DNA of 58,890 nucleotides from a virus (Duplodnaviria; Heunggongvirae; Uroviricota; Caudoviricetes): IMG/VR virus record IMGVR_UViG_2526164617_000008; one strand, 5' to 3'. Shown piece by piece: positions 46,879 to 58,890 of this stretch (position 1 is its first letter; each line of letters starts with the position of its first letter). The notes under the pieces were generated by a model. It saw only the letters and a program-made list of their open reading frames with translations, ran no database searches and was not told where the DNA came from. The position numbers and the translations under genes were made by a program.

Positions 46879-47241
46879 TCATTCATTCCCCATTTCGGTG
46901 ATGGTCAGTTCCAGCCTCCCACCTTTGGTAACAGGCATCTTCACAACGCGGTAATCAACGACCTGAGCATCATCCAGCCAGAAACCTGCTTTGGTGAGTG
47001 CGTCAAAAGCGGCTTTTTGCAGATTATCCAGGTCACGGCGACGGCGATCCGGCATGTGGCACTCAATACGGATTTTCACTGGCATAGCCAGGCCGATATC
47101 CAGCATTGCGTTTTTAATGATTCGGGTGACGTTATCGCGGTATGCCTGCCCTTCTGCGCTGATGTGTGTGCGCCCGCGATTATGGCGGTAATAGCGGTTA
47201 TTGCTCGGAGGCCAGGGTAATGTGATGCTGTAGGTATTCAC
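46879..47241 (-). CDS. rusA: Holliday junction resolvase RusA
   Basis: 120 aa, [28 protein letters not shown]... Confidence 0.9.
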   Translation of the reverse strand: MNTYSITLPWPPSNNRYYRHNRGRTHISAEGQAYRDNVTRIIKNAMLDIGLAMPVKIRIECHMPDRRRRDLDNLQKAAFDALTKAGFWLDDAQVVDYRVVKMPVTKGGRLELTITEMGNE

Positions 47242-47528
47242 GCCTTAATAACCCCCTCTTTCAGCCAGATAACCTGCGTTCTCGCCATACCTTCCAGCGC
47301 GCATTCTTTTGCATACTCAGCATCGACAAAATATGTGCGGCGGTCGATTTCGTCGTGACAGGCAGAACATGCAATGGTGGCAATCAGGTCTGGCGGTTTG
47401 ATACCGGTACCGCACAATCCAGCCAGCCGGATATGTGCCAGTACTGACGTTTCAGGATTGCCATTACATACGCCAGGGATTCTTACCTGGCATTCCCGAC
47501 CACGCGCTGCTTTTCTCAAATCAGCCAT
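47238..47528 (-). CDS. ybcO: DUF1364 family protein (YbcO-like)
   Basis: Cys-rich; start taken at [16 protein letters not shown]; ORF track extends to 47567. Confidence 0.7.
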   Translation of the reverse strand: MADLRKAARGRECQVRIPGVCNGNPETSVLAHIRLAGLCGTGIKPPDLIATIACSACHDEIDRRTYFVDAEYAKECALEGMARTQVIWLKEGVIKA

Positions 47529-47691
47529 GATTCCTCCTTGCTGCCAGTCGCAACCATTTTTTATCAACCAGGCTAGCGGTATATCCGAGCAGTGTTGGTA
47601 TTTCGGATGGCTTCAGCTCAGGCTTACGCTTACGACGATTTGATACTCTGTAGATGTGCCCGTTCATGACACGAATAAGCGGTGTAGCCAT
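47521..47691 (-). CDS. ninE: NinE-like protein
   Basis: 56-aa ORF below the ORF-track cutoff, MATPLIRVMNGHIYRVSNRRKRKPELK..., in the lambda ninE position. Confidence 0.6.
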   Translation of the reverse strand: MATPLIRVMNGHIYRVSNRRKRKPELKPSEIPTLLGYTASLVDKKWLRLAARRNHG

Positions 47692-48146
47692 TACGCCTCC
47701 TGCTTATCGCGCAGCTGCTGGTATTCACAGCTCTGCGGAATTGTCAGGTGGCAGCCGATATTCATCGCCCAGGCTTCGACTTTGCACAGGAAGATGTACA
47801 TCTCGCCGGTTTCCAGCTCTGACGTATGGCGGAGGGATTGGACGGTGGTGACCTCGCCGGACACGACATCTACACGGTCTTTGCTTTCGTAGCCGAGATA
47901 GGTGTGCTTCATCGCGTCTTTGACCCACTCAGGCGTAGCGAAGGTCTTGCCGCGGGCGATGAGATATTCGCTGATCTCCGTGTACCACATGTGGCTGAGC
48001 GCGTTCTGCGACAGGCTGCGCTTCTCGCGCCACGGCTTAACCTGCAGGCGTAAGCATTGCCCGGCATCCAGCAATGGCTGAATCTGCTGGCCGATGGCCG
48101 CGAAGTTACCGCGATGGAGTTTGATGCCGTCTACTGGCAGAGTCAT
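47691..48146 (-). CDS. ninB: Recombination protein NinB (YbcN-like)
   Basis: 151 aa, lambda NinB-like. Confidence 0.85.
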   Translation of the reverse strand: MTLPVDGIKLHRGNFAAIGQQIQPLLDAGQCLRLQVKPWREKRSLSQNALSHMWYTEISEYLIARGKTFATPEWVKDAMKHTYLGYESKDRVDVVSGEVTTVQSLRHTSELETGEMYIFLCKVEAWAMNIGCHLTIPQSCEYQQLRDKQEA

Positions 48147-48410
48147 ACGGCCTCCCTAACGGAAACCGCAGAATGCAGAAAATCGCAGGTGCATTTCTGC
48201 ATCTGTGACAAGGTGATGAGTTCAGATTGTGGTCGCATTTAAGTCCCCTTAAATGCGCAGAAGTCACCGGAGTTGTTCAGGCTCCGATGAGAGGATTATG
48301 GCGGATTGATTACGATAAATCAAAACTATCTTGAAGCCAAAACAGTGATCTTCGCTTTAAAAACCTTGTATACTTTCACCTAATCACAGCCAGAACTATG
48401 GATCTAACCA

Positions 48411-48788
48411 ATGACCAACAAAGAAAACAAAGATAAATATATTAACAAGTTCAAGAAAGAGCTTTCAAAATATATACAACCAACTGCTGGAGTGGACATT
48501 CAATTATTTAACTCTAAGGATGGTGGTGGTGTAATTAAAGCCACTTTGAATAGAAGTGGAAAAAGAAAATCATCTATTGCTGGTAATTTTACTAAATTAG
48601 GTGAGGCAATTACCTCGAGTGGGCAGAGGGTTTTTGGTGGTGATCTATCAAATGTGAATTTTTACGGAACAAATACGATTTTTGATGGAGATACAATATT
48701 TTTAATTAAATCACCTGATTCAGAGGAGTGGTCATCACAAAAAGCTTCCAAAGACGTAGAGGGCATCGTATTTGGAGGGAAAAAATGA
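48411..48788 (+). CDS. Hypothetical protein, first gene of AT-rich moron
   Basis: 125 aa, Lys/Gly-rich; strand opposite to flanking phage genes; promoter-like ttgtatact upstream. Confidence 0.5.
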   Translation: MTNKENKDKYINKFKKELSKYIQPTAGVDIQLFNSKDGGGVIKATLNRSGKRKSSIAGNFTKLGEAITSSGQRVFGGDLSNVNFYGTNTIFDGDTIFLIKSPDSEEWSSQKASKDVEGIVFGGKK

Positions 48789-49213
48789 TTAACATTACTA
48801 CTAAGGATGGCACTCAAGTCAGTGGTGAAGTAAGAGATCTAGTAATTCTTCTTGAAACTGATGGAAAAACGGTGTCTGATTATTTGCAGCCAATCCCTCC
48901 CAAAAAAGATACACACTGGAGCATGATTTTCATTCCGGTAGCAATTTATATACTACTTAATCTTGTATACATTATTGCTCACCCATTATTTCCTGAAAAA
49001 TATCTAAAAACATCAACATCTATATTTCTATTCATTTCCTTCATATTAAGTGCAATAGTAGCATATTTTGTTTTCCATAAGCATAAATCTGCCACTCTAT
49101 CCATATGCAGCTTAGTGTTCTTAGTGTTAATTGTAGGTGCTAACGTAGGGTTTATCAGTTACAGCGACCTAACACAAAAAGCGACGCAAAAATTAGATAG
49201 TTTGTCTAAATAA
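48785..49213 (+). CDS. Hypothetical membrane protein, second gene of AT-rich moron
   Basis: Start at MINITTKDG with GGAGGG Shine-Dalgarno and ATGA overlap with upstream stop; three predicted TM helices. Confidence 0.5.
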   Translation: MINITTKDGTQVSGEVRDLVILLETDGKTVSDYLQPIPPKKDTHWSMIFIPVAIYILLNLVYIIAHPLFPEKYLKTSTSIFLFISFILSAIVAYFVFHKHKSATLSICSLVFLVLIVGANVGFISYSDLTQKATQKLDSLSK

Positions 49214-49375
49214 TTATGTTGCCATGCGAAGTATGCATGGCTGCATGTCTGCCTTCCATTTAAAATGGGCTAAGACCTATAACCCTAAATATTATTCTTT
49301 ATTATCTTCTTTACCACTTCGGTGATGCTGCCAACTTACTGATTTAGTGTATGATGGTGTTTTTGAGGTGCTCCA

Positions 49376-49551
49376 GTGGCTTCTGTTTCTATCAGCTGTC
49401 CCTCCTGTTCAGCTACTGACGGGGTGGTGCGTAACGGCAAAAGCACTGCCGGACATCAGCGCTATCTCTGCTCTCACTGCCGTAAAACATGGCAACTGCA
49501 GTTCACTTACACCGCTTCTCAACCCGGTACGCACCAGAAAATCATTGATAT
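49376..49551 (+). pseudogene. insA: IS1 insA truncated by IS21-family insertion
   Basis: First 58 codons identical to InsA, then reads into the inserted element. Confidence 0.7.
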
Positions 49552-49652
49552 TGTCAGCGCCAGTGATATAAGACGGTAATTCGCCATTTGGATTGTCCGC
49601 TCCACCCAACATGTTGTTTCCTTAAGGTTCTCACACCAGAAAGGACATCAAC

Positions 49653-51595
<1,943 letters not shown>

Positions 51596-51676
51596 CGAAA
51601 GTATTTAGCGGGCATGAAAATGGCAAATAACGGTCAAACATCGTGGCGTTGACAATATGGCCATGAATGGCGTTGG

Positions 51677-52180
51677 ATGCCGGGCAACTGCACGCATTAT
51701 GGGCGTTGGCCTCAACACGATTTTACGTCACTTAAAAAACTCAGGCCGCAGTCGGTAACCTCGCGCATACAGCCGGGCAGTGACGTCATCGTCTGCGCGG
51801 AAATGGACGAACAGTGGGGCTATGTCGGGGCTAAATCGCGCCAGCGCTGGCTGTTTTACGCGTATGACAGTCTCCGGAAGACGGTTGTTGCGCACGTATT
51901 CGGTGAACGCACTATGGCGACGCTGGGGCGTCTTATGAGCCTGCTGTCACCCTTTGACGTGGTGATATGGATGACGGATGGCTGGCCGCTGTATGAATCC
52001 CGCCTGAAGGGAAAGCTGCACGTAATCAGCAAGCGATATACGCAGCGAATTGAGCGGCATAACCTGAATCTGAGGCAGCACCTGACACGGCTGGGACGGA
52101 AGTCGCTGTCGTTCTCAAAATCGGTGGAGCTGCATGACAAAGTCATCGGGCATTATCTGAACATAAAACACTATCAATAA
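51677..52180 (+). CDS. insB: IS1 InsB (copy 4)
   Basis: 167-aa frame. Confidence 0.85.
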   Translation: MPGNCTHYGRWPQHDFTSLKKLRPQSVTSRIQPGSDVIVCAEMDEQWGYVGAKSRQRWLFYAYDSLRKTVVAHVFGERTMATLGRLMSLLSPFDVVIWMTDGWPLYESRLKGKLHVISKRYTQRIERHNLNLRQHLTRLGRKSLSFSKSVELHDKVIGHYLNIKHYQ

Positions 52181-52195
52181 GTTGGAGTCATTACC

Positions 52196-52257
52196 CGCTT
52201 GCAGTAACGGCGAAAGGGGCAATGACAGCGCTGCCATGTCGACAAGAACTGGAATAG
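52196..52257 (+). pseudogene. cscK: Detached 3' tail of cscK (last about 20 codons)
   Basis: Reads (A)LAVTAKGAMTALPCRQELE-stop, continuing the frame broken at 56533 on the other strand. Confidence 0.6.
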
Positions 52258-52328
52258 TGAGAAGTAAACGGCGAAGTCGCTCTTATCTCTAAATAGGACG
52301 TGAATTTTTTAACGACAGGTAGGTAATT

Positions 52329-53576
52329 ATGGCACTGAATATTCCATTCAGAAATGCGTACTATCGTTTTGCATCCAGTTACTCATTTCTCTTTTTTATT
52401 TCCTGGTCGCTGTGGTGGTCGTTATACGCTATTTGGCTGAAAGGACATCTAGGGTTGACAGGGACGGAATTAGGTACACTTTATTCGGTCAACCAGTTTA
52501 CCAGCATTCTATTTATGATGTTCTACGGCATCGTTCAGGATAAACTCGGTCTGAAGAAACCGCTCATCTGGTGTATGAGTTTCATCCTGGTCTTGACCGG
52601 ACCGTTTATGATTTACGTTTATGAACCGTTACTGCAAAGCAATTTTTCTGTAGGTCTAATTCTGGGAGCGCTCTTTTTTGGCCTGGGGTATCTGGCGGGA
52701 TGCGGTTTGCTTGACAGCTTCACCGAAAAAATGGCGCGAAATTTTCATTTCGAATATGGAACAGCGCGCGCCTGGGGATCTTTTGGCTATGCTATTGGCG
52801 CGTTCTTTGCCGGCATATTTTTTAGTATCAGTCCCCATATCAACTTCTGGTTGGTCTCGCTATTTGGCGCTGTATTTATGATGATCAACATGTGTTTTAA
52901 AGATAAGGATCACCAGTGCGTAGCGGCGGATGCGGGAGGGGTAAAAAAAGAGGATTTTATCGCAGTTTTCAAGGATCGAAACTTCTGGGTTTTCGTCATA
53001 TTTATTGTGGGGACGTGGTCTTTCTATAACATTTTTGATCAACAACTTTTTCCTGTCTTTTATGCAGGTTTATTCGAATCACACGATGTAGGAACGCGCC
53101 TGTATGGTTATCTCAACTCATTCCAGGTGGTACTCGAAGCGCTATGCATGGCGATTATTCCTTTCTTTGTGAATCGGGTAGGGCCAAAAAATGCATTACT
53201 TATCGGTGTTGTGATTATGGCGTTGCGTATCCTTTCCTGCGCGCTGTTCGTTAACCCCTGGATTATTTCATTAGTGAAGCTGTTACATGCCATTGAGGTT
53301 CCACTTTGTGTCATATCCGTCTTCAAATACAGCGTGGCAAATTTTGATAAGCGCCTGTCGTCGACGATCTTTCTGATTGGTTTTCAAATTGCCAGTTCGC
53401 TTGGGATTGTGCTGCTTTCAACGCCGACTGGGATACTCTTTGACCACACAGGCTACCAGACAGTTTTCTTCGCAATTTCGGGTATTGTCTGCCTAATGTT
53501 GCTATTTGGCATTTTCTTCCTGAGTAAAAAACGCGAGCAAATAGTTATGGAAACGCCTGTACCTTCAGCAATATAG
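52329..53576 (+). CDS. cscB: Sucrose:H+ symporter CscB (LacY-family permease)
   Basis: 415 aa, 12 TM, MALNIPFRNAYYRFASSYSFLFFISWSLWWSLYAIWL. Confidence 0.9.
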   Translation: MALNIPFRNAYYRFASSYSFLFFISWSLWWSLYAIWLKGHLGLTGTELGTLYSVNQFTSILFMMFYGIVQDKLGLKKPLIWCMSFILVLTGPFMIYVYEPLLQSNFSVGLILGALFFGLGYLAGCGLLDSFTEKMARNFHFEYGTARAWGSFGYAIGAFFAGIFFSISPHINFWLVSLFGAVFMMINMCFKDKDHQCVAADAGGVKKEDFIAVFKDRNFWVFVIFIVGTWSFYNIFDQQLFPVFYAGLFESHDVGTRLYGYLNSFQVVLEALCMAIIPFFVNRVGPKNALLIGVVIMALRILSCALFVNPWIISLVKLLHAIEVPLCVISVFKYSVANFDKRLSSTIFLIGFQIASSLGIVLLSTPTGILFDHTGYQTVFFAISGIVCLMLLFGIFFLSKKREQIVMETPVPSAI

Positions 53577-54016
53577 ACGTAAACTTTTCCGGTTGTTGTC
53601 GATATCTCCCTATCCCTCAACCGGAAAATAATAATACTAAAGTGCTTAGCCCGGCTAATAATCACCTAATCCAAACGCCTCATTCATGTTCTGGTACAGT
53701 CGCTCAAATGTACTTCAGATGCGCGGTTCGCTGATTTCCAGGACATTGTCGTCATTCAGCGACCTGTCCCGTGTATCACGGTCCTGCGAATTCATCAAGG
53801 AATGCATTGCGGAGTGAAGTATCGAGTCACGCCATATTTCGCTATCAGGATTCTGTGTGATGGTTACATCGCCCGGCCCAGGGCTGTTTAGTCATCAGCG
53901 CTTTCTGACAGTGCTGAGATTTCAACCTGTTGCAGTAAAAATGAGTAGATATAAGGCAAGTGTGCTGCCAAACCCATCTTTTACGGGGTGAAGGTAGATT
54001 TCGTTTGAAGGGTATC

Positions 54017-54031
54017 TGGTGTCCCCTGCAG
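54017..54031. repeat. Inverted copy of the argW 3' end (candidate prophage attR core)
   Basis: tggtgtcccctgcag is the reverse complement of ctgcaggggacacca at 11079-11093. Confidence 0.6.
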
Positions 54032-54104
54032 ACATCTACTTGAGGCGGCAGGGGATTGATTGGAATGCTGTTTTTTAGATTTGAAAAATATTTTACCCGC
54101 TATT

Positions 54105-54305
54105 TTACCCATTGGCGCGGCTTAAGAGCTTATTTTTGAATTCACAATGGTCACGATATAACCATCTTGCTCGTCCGTGGATAACTTTGGCTTTAGGCAG
54201 GTCGCCGGACTTAATCCGGTCATAGATGAAGGTCTTACCGAAGCCAGTATCAGCCATGATGAATTTCAAATCAACCAGTGAATCAGGTTGTAGTTCGTGT
54301 TGCAT
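54105..54305 (-). CDS. torI: AlpA/Xis-family excisionase-like regulator (TorI-like)
   Basis: 66 aa; MQHELQPDSLVDLKFIMADTGFGKTFIYDRIKSGDLPKAKVIHGRARWLY; recalled as matching TorI of the K-12 argW prophage. Confidence 0.7.
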   Translation of the reverse strand: MQHELQPDSLVDLKFIMADTGFGKTFIYDRIKSGDLPKAKVIHGRARWLYRDHCEFKNKLLSRANG

Positions 54306-54427
54306 GAGTGCTATCTCCGAATATGGAATCGAACCTGCAAATCAGGCAATAAAAAGCCGCATTGATGCAGCAATGGTAGGTCTGGATATCTTGAGAAATG
54401 AACAGGCCTCATCGAGTGTGAGGCGGG

Positions 54428-54772
54428 TTAGTCCTTGCGTAGCTCGCTGATTCTTCTGTAAGTCTCTGGTGCTTTGTTCCCGTACGTCTTCATTTCAGAC
54501 TTCAACAGAGCAACGAGTGAATCCCATTCGTTGAGGATTCCTTTGAATGCCGGAACGCGCTTTGCAACCTTGTCGAATGAATCTCTGATTTCTGGAATCT
54601 GCTCAACAAGTGCAACGCATCGCCGAAAGTCTGCTGCGTCATGGGGAGCGCCGAAGTGATGACCATAGATATTCTTTTTCAGGCCACATGCGATTGAGGC
54701 AAGAGTTGCGCTACTGATGCCGACATCGCCAGTTGATTGCCATTTCAAAACCTTCATAGCCAAATCTGACAT
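54428..54772 (-). CDS. Hypothetical prophage protein
   Basis: 114-aa ORF next to the excisionase gene. Confidence 0.4.
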   Translation of the reverse strand: MSDLAMKVLKWQSTGDVGISSATLASIACGLKKNIYGHHFGAPHDAADFRRCVALVEQIPEIRDSFDKVAKRVPAFKGILNEWDSLVALLKSEMKTYGNKAPETYRRISELRKD

Positions 54773-55085
54773 TTCTTGTCTCCATAAAACAAAACTCGCC
54801 GTAGCGAGCTCAGATAAAAGAAATCCCCGTCAGTGCGAGGATGCTGTTCATTGCTGCTATACACTTTTTTGCTCTCAACGTAAGCGGTAGCCCATTCTGT
54901 TGGGTTGGTCAGTTGCTTTTAGGAAATGCTCTTTACCCCTTAAACGTCGGCTGAAAGAGCTAAAATCCATGCAAAAAATTTACGCAATTTTGTGTATTAT
55001 TGTGCAGTAAGTAATGAGCTATTTTCTGTGCAAAAAATGGATGATAAATTTGTCCGGGGCAGGAAAAATTTTATGGGCGCTAAAC

Positions 55086-55616
55086 ATGAAAAAAGATTCG
55101 TATCCTTATTTGATTTGCATGACAGTTTCAGGGCTGATCTTTATTTTCCTTTTCTTCTGGTGGCGGGCAGATATCTACAGGGTCACGTTTCTTAATCAGA
55201 GTATATCCCACTATTACATTCTGTTTAGCATGGGAATAGCTTTTCTGTTATCTCTGTTTTGGGTTAAGAAGGGGATAGTAAAACAAAGCGGCTGGAAGAG
55301 TCTGTCAGCATACCTTAAGGTTTATGCAGGGATATGCATATTTTCTGGATTTTTTCTGATTATACCCCTTACAACACTAACTTATTTTTTGCCTGGAGAG
55401 ACATCGTCTTATGTTGCACCGTATCGGTATACTTCCGGTAGTTCAAAAAGTTGTTCTGGAGCTGAGGTGGATGACCCCGATCTACATGAGAATATTCGCA
55501 TTTGCTATCCGTATGGCAATTATGAGTACGATAATATTATCTATGTTGAAAAGAAAATTAATACATTAGGTGCGGTAGTGACATATGCACAGACCGCGCG
55601 TGATGATACTGAATGA
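55086..55616 (+). CDS. Hypothetical membrane protein (about four TM helices plus Cys/Tyr-containing C-terminal domain)
   Basis: AT-rich ORF; start taken at MKKDSYPYLICMTVSG; ORF track begins at 55014. Confidence 0.4.
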   Translation: MKKDSYPYLICMTVSGLIFIFLFFWWRADIYRVTFLNQSISHYYILFSMGIAFLLSLFWVKKGIVKQSGWKSLSAYLKVYAGICIFSGFFLIIPLTTLTYFLPGETSSYVAPYRYTSGSSKSCSGAEVDDPDLHENIRICYPYGNYEYDNIIYVEKKINTLGAVVTYAQTARDDTE

Positions 55617-55779
55617 GATAGTATATAGCGGGCAAGTTTTAGTTAATTTATCGAGGTAATATAATTTACCTCGACTCGTTTATTCTGGTATGAATATTTC
55701 GCTTTACGATCGATTTTTATCTGATGATATCATGCGGTTTTCATATACTGACTTACTGTCTTTTGGTAATGACTCCAAC

Positions 55780-56283
55780 TTATTGATAGTGTTTTATGTT
55801 CAGATAATGCCCGATGACTTTGTCATGCAGCTCCACCGATTTTGAGAACGACAGCGACTTCCGTCCCAGCCGTGCCAGGTGCTGCCTCAGATTCAGGTTA
55901 TGCCGCTCAATTCGCTGCGTATATCGCTTGCTGATTACGTGCAGCTTTCCCTTCAGGCGGGATTCATACAGCGGCCAGCCATCCGTCATCCATATCACCA
56001 CGTCAAAGGGTGACAGCAGGCTCATAAGACGCCCCAGCGTCGCCATAGTGCGTTCACCGAATACGTGCGCAACAACCGTCTTCCGGAGACTGTCATACGC
56101 GTAAAACAGCCAGCGCTGGCGCGATTTAGCCCCGACATAGCCCCACTGTTCGTCCATTTCCGCGCAGACGATGACGTCACTGCCCGGCTGTATGCGCGAG
56201 GTTACCGACTGCGGCCTGAGTTTTTTAAGTGACGTAAAATCGTGTTGAGGCCAACGCCCATAATGCGTGCAGTTGCCCGGCAT
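55780..56283 (-). CDS. insB: IS1 InsB
   Basis: 167-aa frame. Confidence 0.85.
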
Positions 56284-56477
56284 CCAACGCCATTCATGGC
56301 CATATCAATGATTTTCTGGTGCGTACCGGGTTGAGAAGCGGTGTAAGTGAACTGCAGTTGCCATGTTTTACGGCAGTGAGAGCAGAGATAGCGCTGATGT
56401 CCGGCAGTGCTTTTGCCGTTACGCACCACCCCGTCAGTAGCTGAACAGGAGGGACAGCTGATAGAAACAGAAGCCAC
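56202..56477 (-). CDS. insA: IS1 InsA
   Basis: 91 aa. Confidence 0.85.
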
Positions 56478-56532
56478 TGGAGCACCTCAAAAACACCATC
56501 ATACACTAAATCAGTAAGTTGGCAGCATCACC

Positions 56533-56823
56533 CTGCAAGCGCTCCGCAACGTTGAGCGAGATCGATAATTCGTCGCATTTCTCTCTCATCTGTAGATAAT
56601 CCCGTAGAGGACAGACCTGTGAGTAACCCGGCAACGAACGCATCTCCCGCCCCCGTGCTATCGACACAATTCACAGACATTCCAGCAAAATGGTGAACTT
56701 GTCCTCGATAACAGACCACCACCCCTTCTGCACCTTTAGTCACCAACAGCATGGCGATCTCATACTCTTTTGCCAGGGCGCATATATCCTGATCGTTCTG
56801 TGTTTTTCCACTGATAAGTCGCC
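56533..56823 (-). pseudogene. cscK: Fructokinase CscK, middle fragment (between IS911 and IS1)
   Basis: ...LISGKTQNDQDICALAKEYEIAMLLVTKGAEG...DSTGAGDAFVAGL...AQRCGALA, PfkB-family kinase signature. Confidence 0.8.
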
Positions 56824-56831
56824 TGAAGTGG

Positions 56832-58036
<1,205 letters not shown>

Positions 58037-58072
58037 CTCTGTTCAGGTGGCCAAATTCAGTGTGCCACTTCA

Positions 58073-58642
58073 GCCATTCTTCTTCCGAGAGCTTGACGAC
58101 ATCCGCCAGTTGTAGCGCCTGCCGCAAACACAAGCGGAGCAAATGCTCGTCTTGCCATAGATCTTCACGAATATTAGGATCGAAGCTGACAAAACCTCCG
58201 GCATGCCGGATCGCCGTCATCGCAGTAAATGCGCTGGTACGCGAAGGCTCGGCAGACAACGCAATTGAACAGAGATGTAACCATTCGCCATGTCGCCAGC
58301 AGGGCAAGTCTGTCGTCTCTAAAAAAAGATCGGCACTGGGGCGGACCATAAACGTAAATGAACGTTCCCCTTGATCGTTCAGATCGACAAGCACCGTGGA
58401 TGTCCGGTGCCATTCATCTTGCTTCAGATACGTGATATCGACTCCCTCAGTTAGCAGCGTTCTTTGCATTAACGCCCCAAAAGGATCATCACCGACCCGA
58501 CCTATAAATCCACTTATTCCGCCTAATCTGGCGATTCCCACCGCAACGTTAGCTGGCGCGCCGCCAGGACAAGGCAGTAGGCGCCCGTCTGATTCTGGCA
58601 AGAGATCTACGACCGCATCCCCTAAAACCCATACTTTGGCTG
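58073..58642 (-). pseudogene. cscK: Fructokinase CscK, 5' fragment (start codon removed by IS4, 3' side cut by IS911)
   Basis: ...TAKVWVLGDAVVDLLPESDGRLLPCPGGAPANVAVGIARLGG...VVKLSEEEW then reads into IS911; no ATG before the IS4 end. Confidence 0.8.
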
Positions 58643-58890
58643 TAATGCCGATCAGTTAAGGATCAGTTGACCGATCCAGTGGCTGTGTAAGAATCCGGAA
58701 ACGCTCACTTGTTTCCGGATTTTTTTATGCACATTGGACAGGCTCTTGATCTGGTATCCCGTTACGATTCTCTGCGTAACCCACTGACTTCTCTGGGGGA
58801 TTACCTCGACCCCGAACTCATCTCTCGTTGCCTTGCCGAATCAGGTACTGTAACGCTACGCAAGCGCCGTCTTCCCCTCGAAATGATGGT
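58643..58890 (+). mobile_element. IS4, left end (partial, runs off window)
   Basis: taatgccgatcagttaaggatcagttgaccgatccagtgg terminal sequence recognised as IS4. Confidence 0.8.
58729..58890 (+). CDS. insG: IS4 transposase, N-terminal part (partial)
   Basis: MHIGQALDLVSRYDSLRNPLTSLGDYLDPELISRCLAESGTVTLRKRRLPLEMM. Confidence 0.8.

Larger units (their letters stand above)
55765..56532 (-). mobile_element. IS1 copy 5
   Basis: 768 bp, canonical ends. Confidence 0.95.

Noticed and set aside
46723-47220. 165-aa plus-strand ORF
   Set aside because: Antisense to rusA, which is confidently recognised.

Overview
Enterobacterial (Escherichia/Shigella-type) chromosomal window dominated by a lambda/DLP12-like prophage integrated at tRNA-Arg argW and heavily scarred by insertion sequences. 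Left part (1-8.9 kb): a phage remnant with a silent tail-fibre end, a Pin/Gin-type invertase and its crossover site, a NanS-p-like esterase and a Mu-type com/mom module, followed by a broken IS110-family element, an IS1 copy and a fragmented gene. Core chromosome: mlaA(vacJ), yfdC, argW. Prophage (11.2-55.7 kb, minus-strand late operon): intS-like integrase, IS debris, a frameshifted AraC/AppY-like regulator, then tfa-stf-lom-J-I-K-L-M-H-T/G-V-U-Z-FII-FI-E-D-C-B-W-A-Nu1-cos, ylcI/ybcV-like genes, IS2, lysis genes Rz/Rz1-R-S, an IS1, an nmpC/Lc-type porin, Q, rusA-ybcO-ninE-ninB, an AT-rich two-gene moron, and a TorI-like excisionase beside an inverted copy of the argW 3' end (attR). The prophage looks defective: tape-measure H is frameshifted in an A7 run, lom carries a deletion, an IS1 sits between the late promoter region and the lysis genes, and no repressor or replication genes are present. 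Right part: sucrose (csc) locus remnants, with cscB intact but cscK cut by IS4, IS911 and IS1 and split from cscB by an IS1-mediated inversion supported by inverted 9-bp target duplications. In total there are five IS1 copies plus IS2, IS911, IS4, an IS21-family element nested in an IS1, and IS110- and IS3-family fragments. No CRISPR array or rRNA was seen. All calls rest on reading the sequence and recalled protein families; no database search was run, and coordinates of non-ORF features are approximate to within a few bases.
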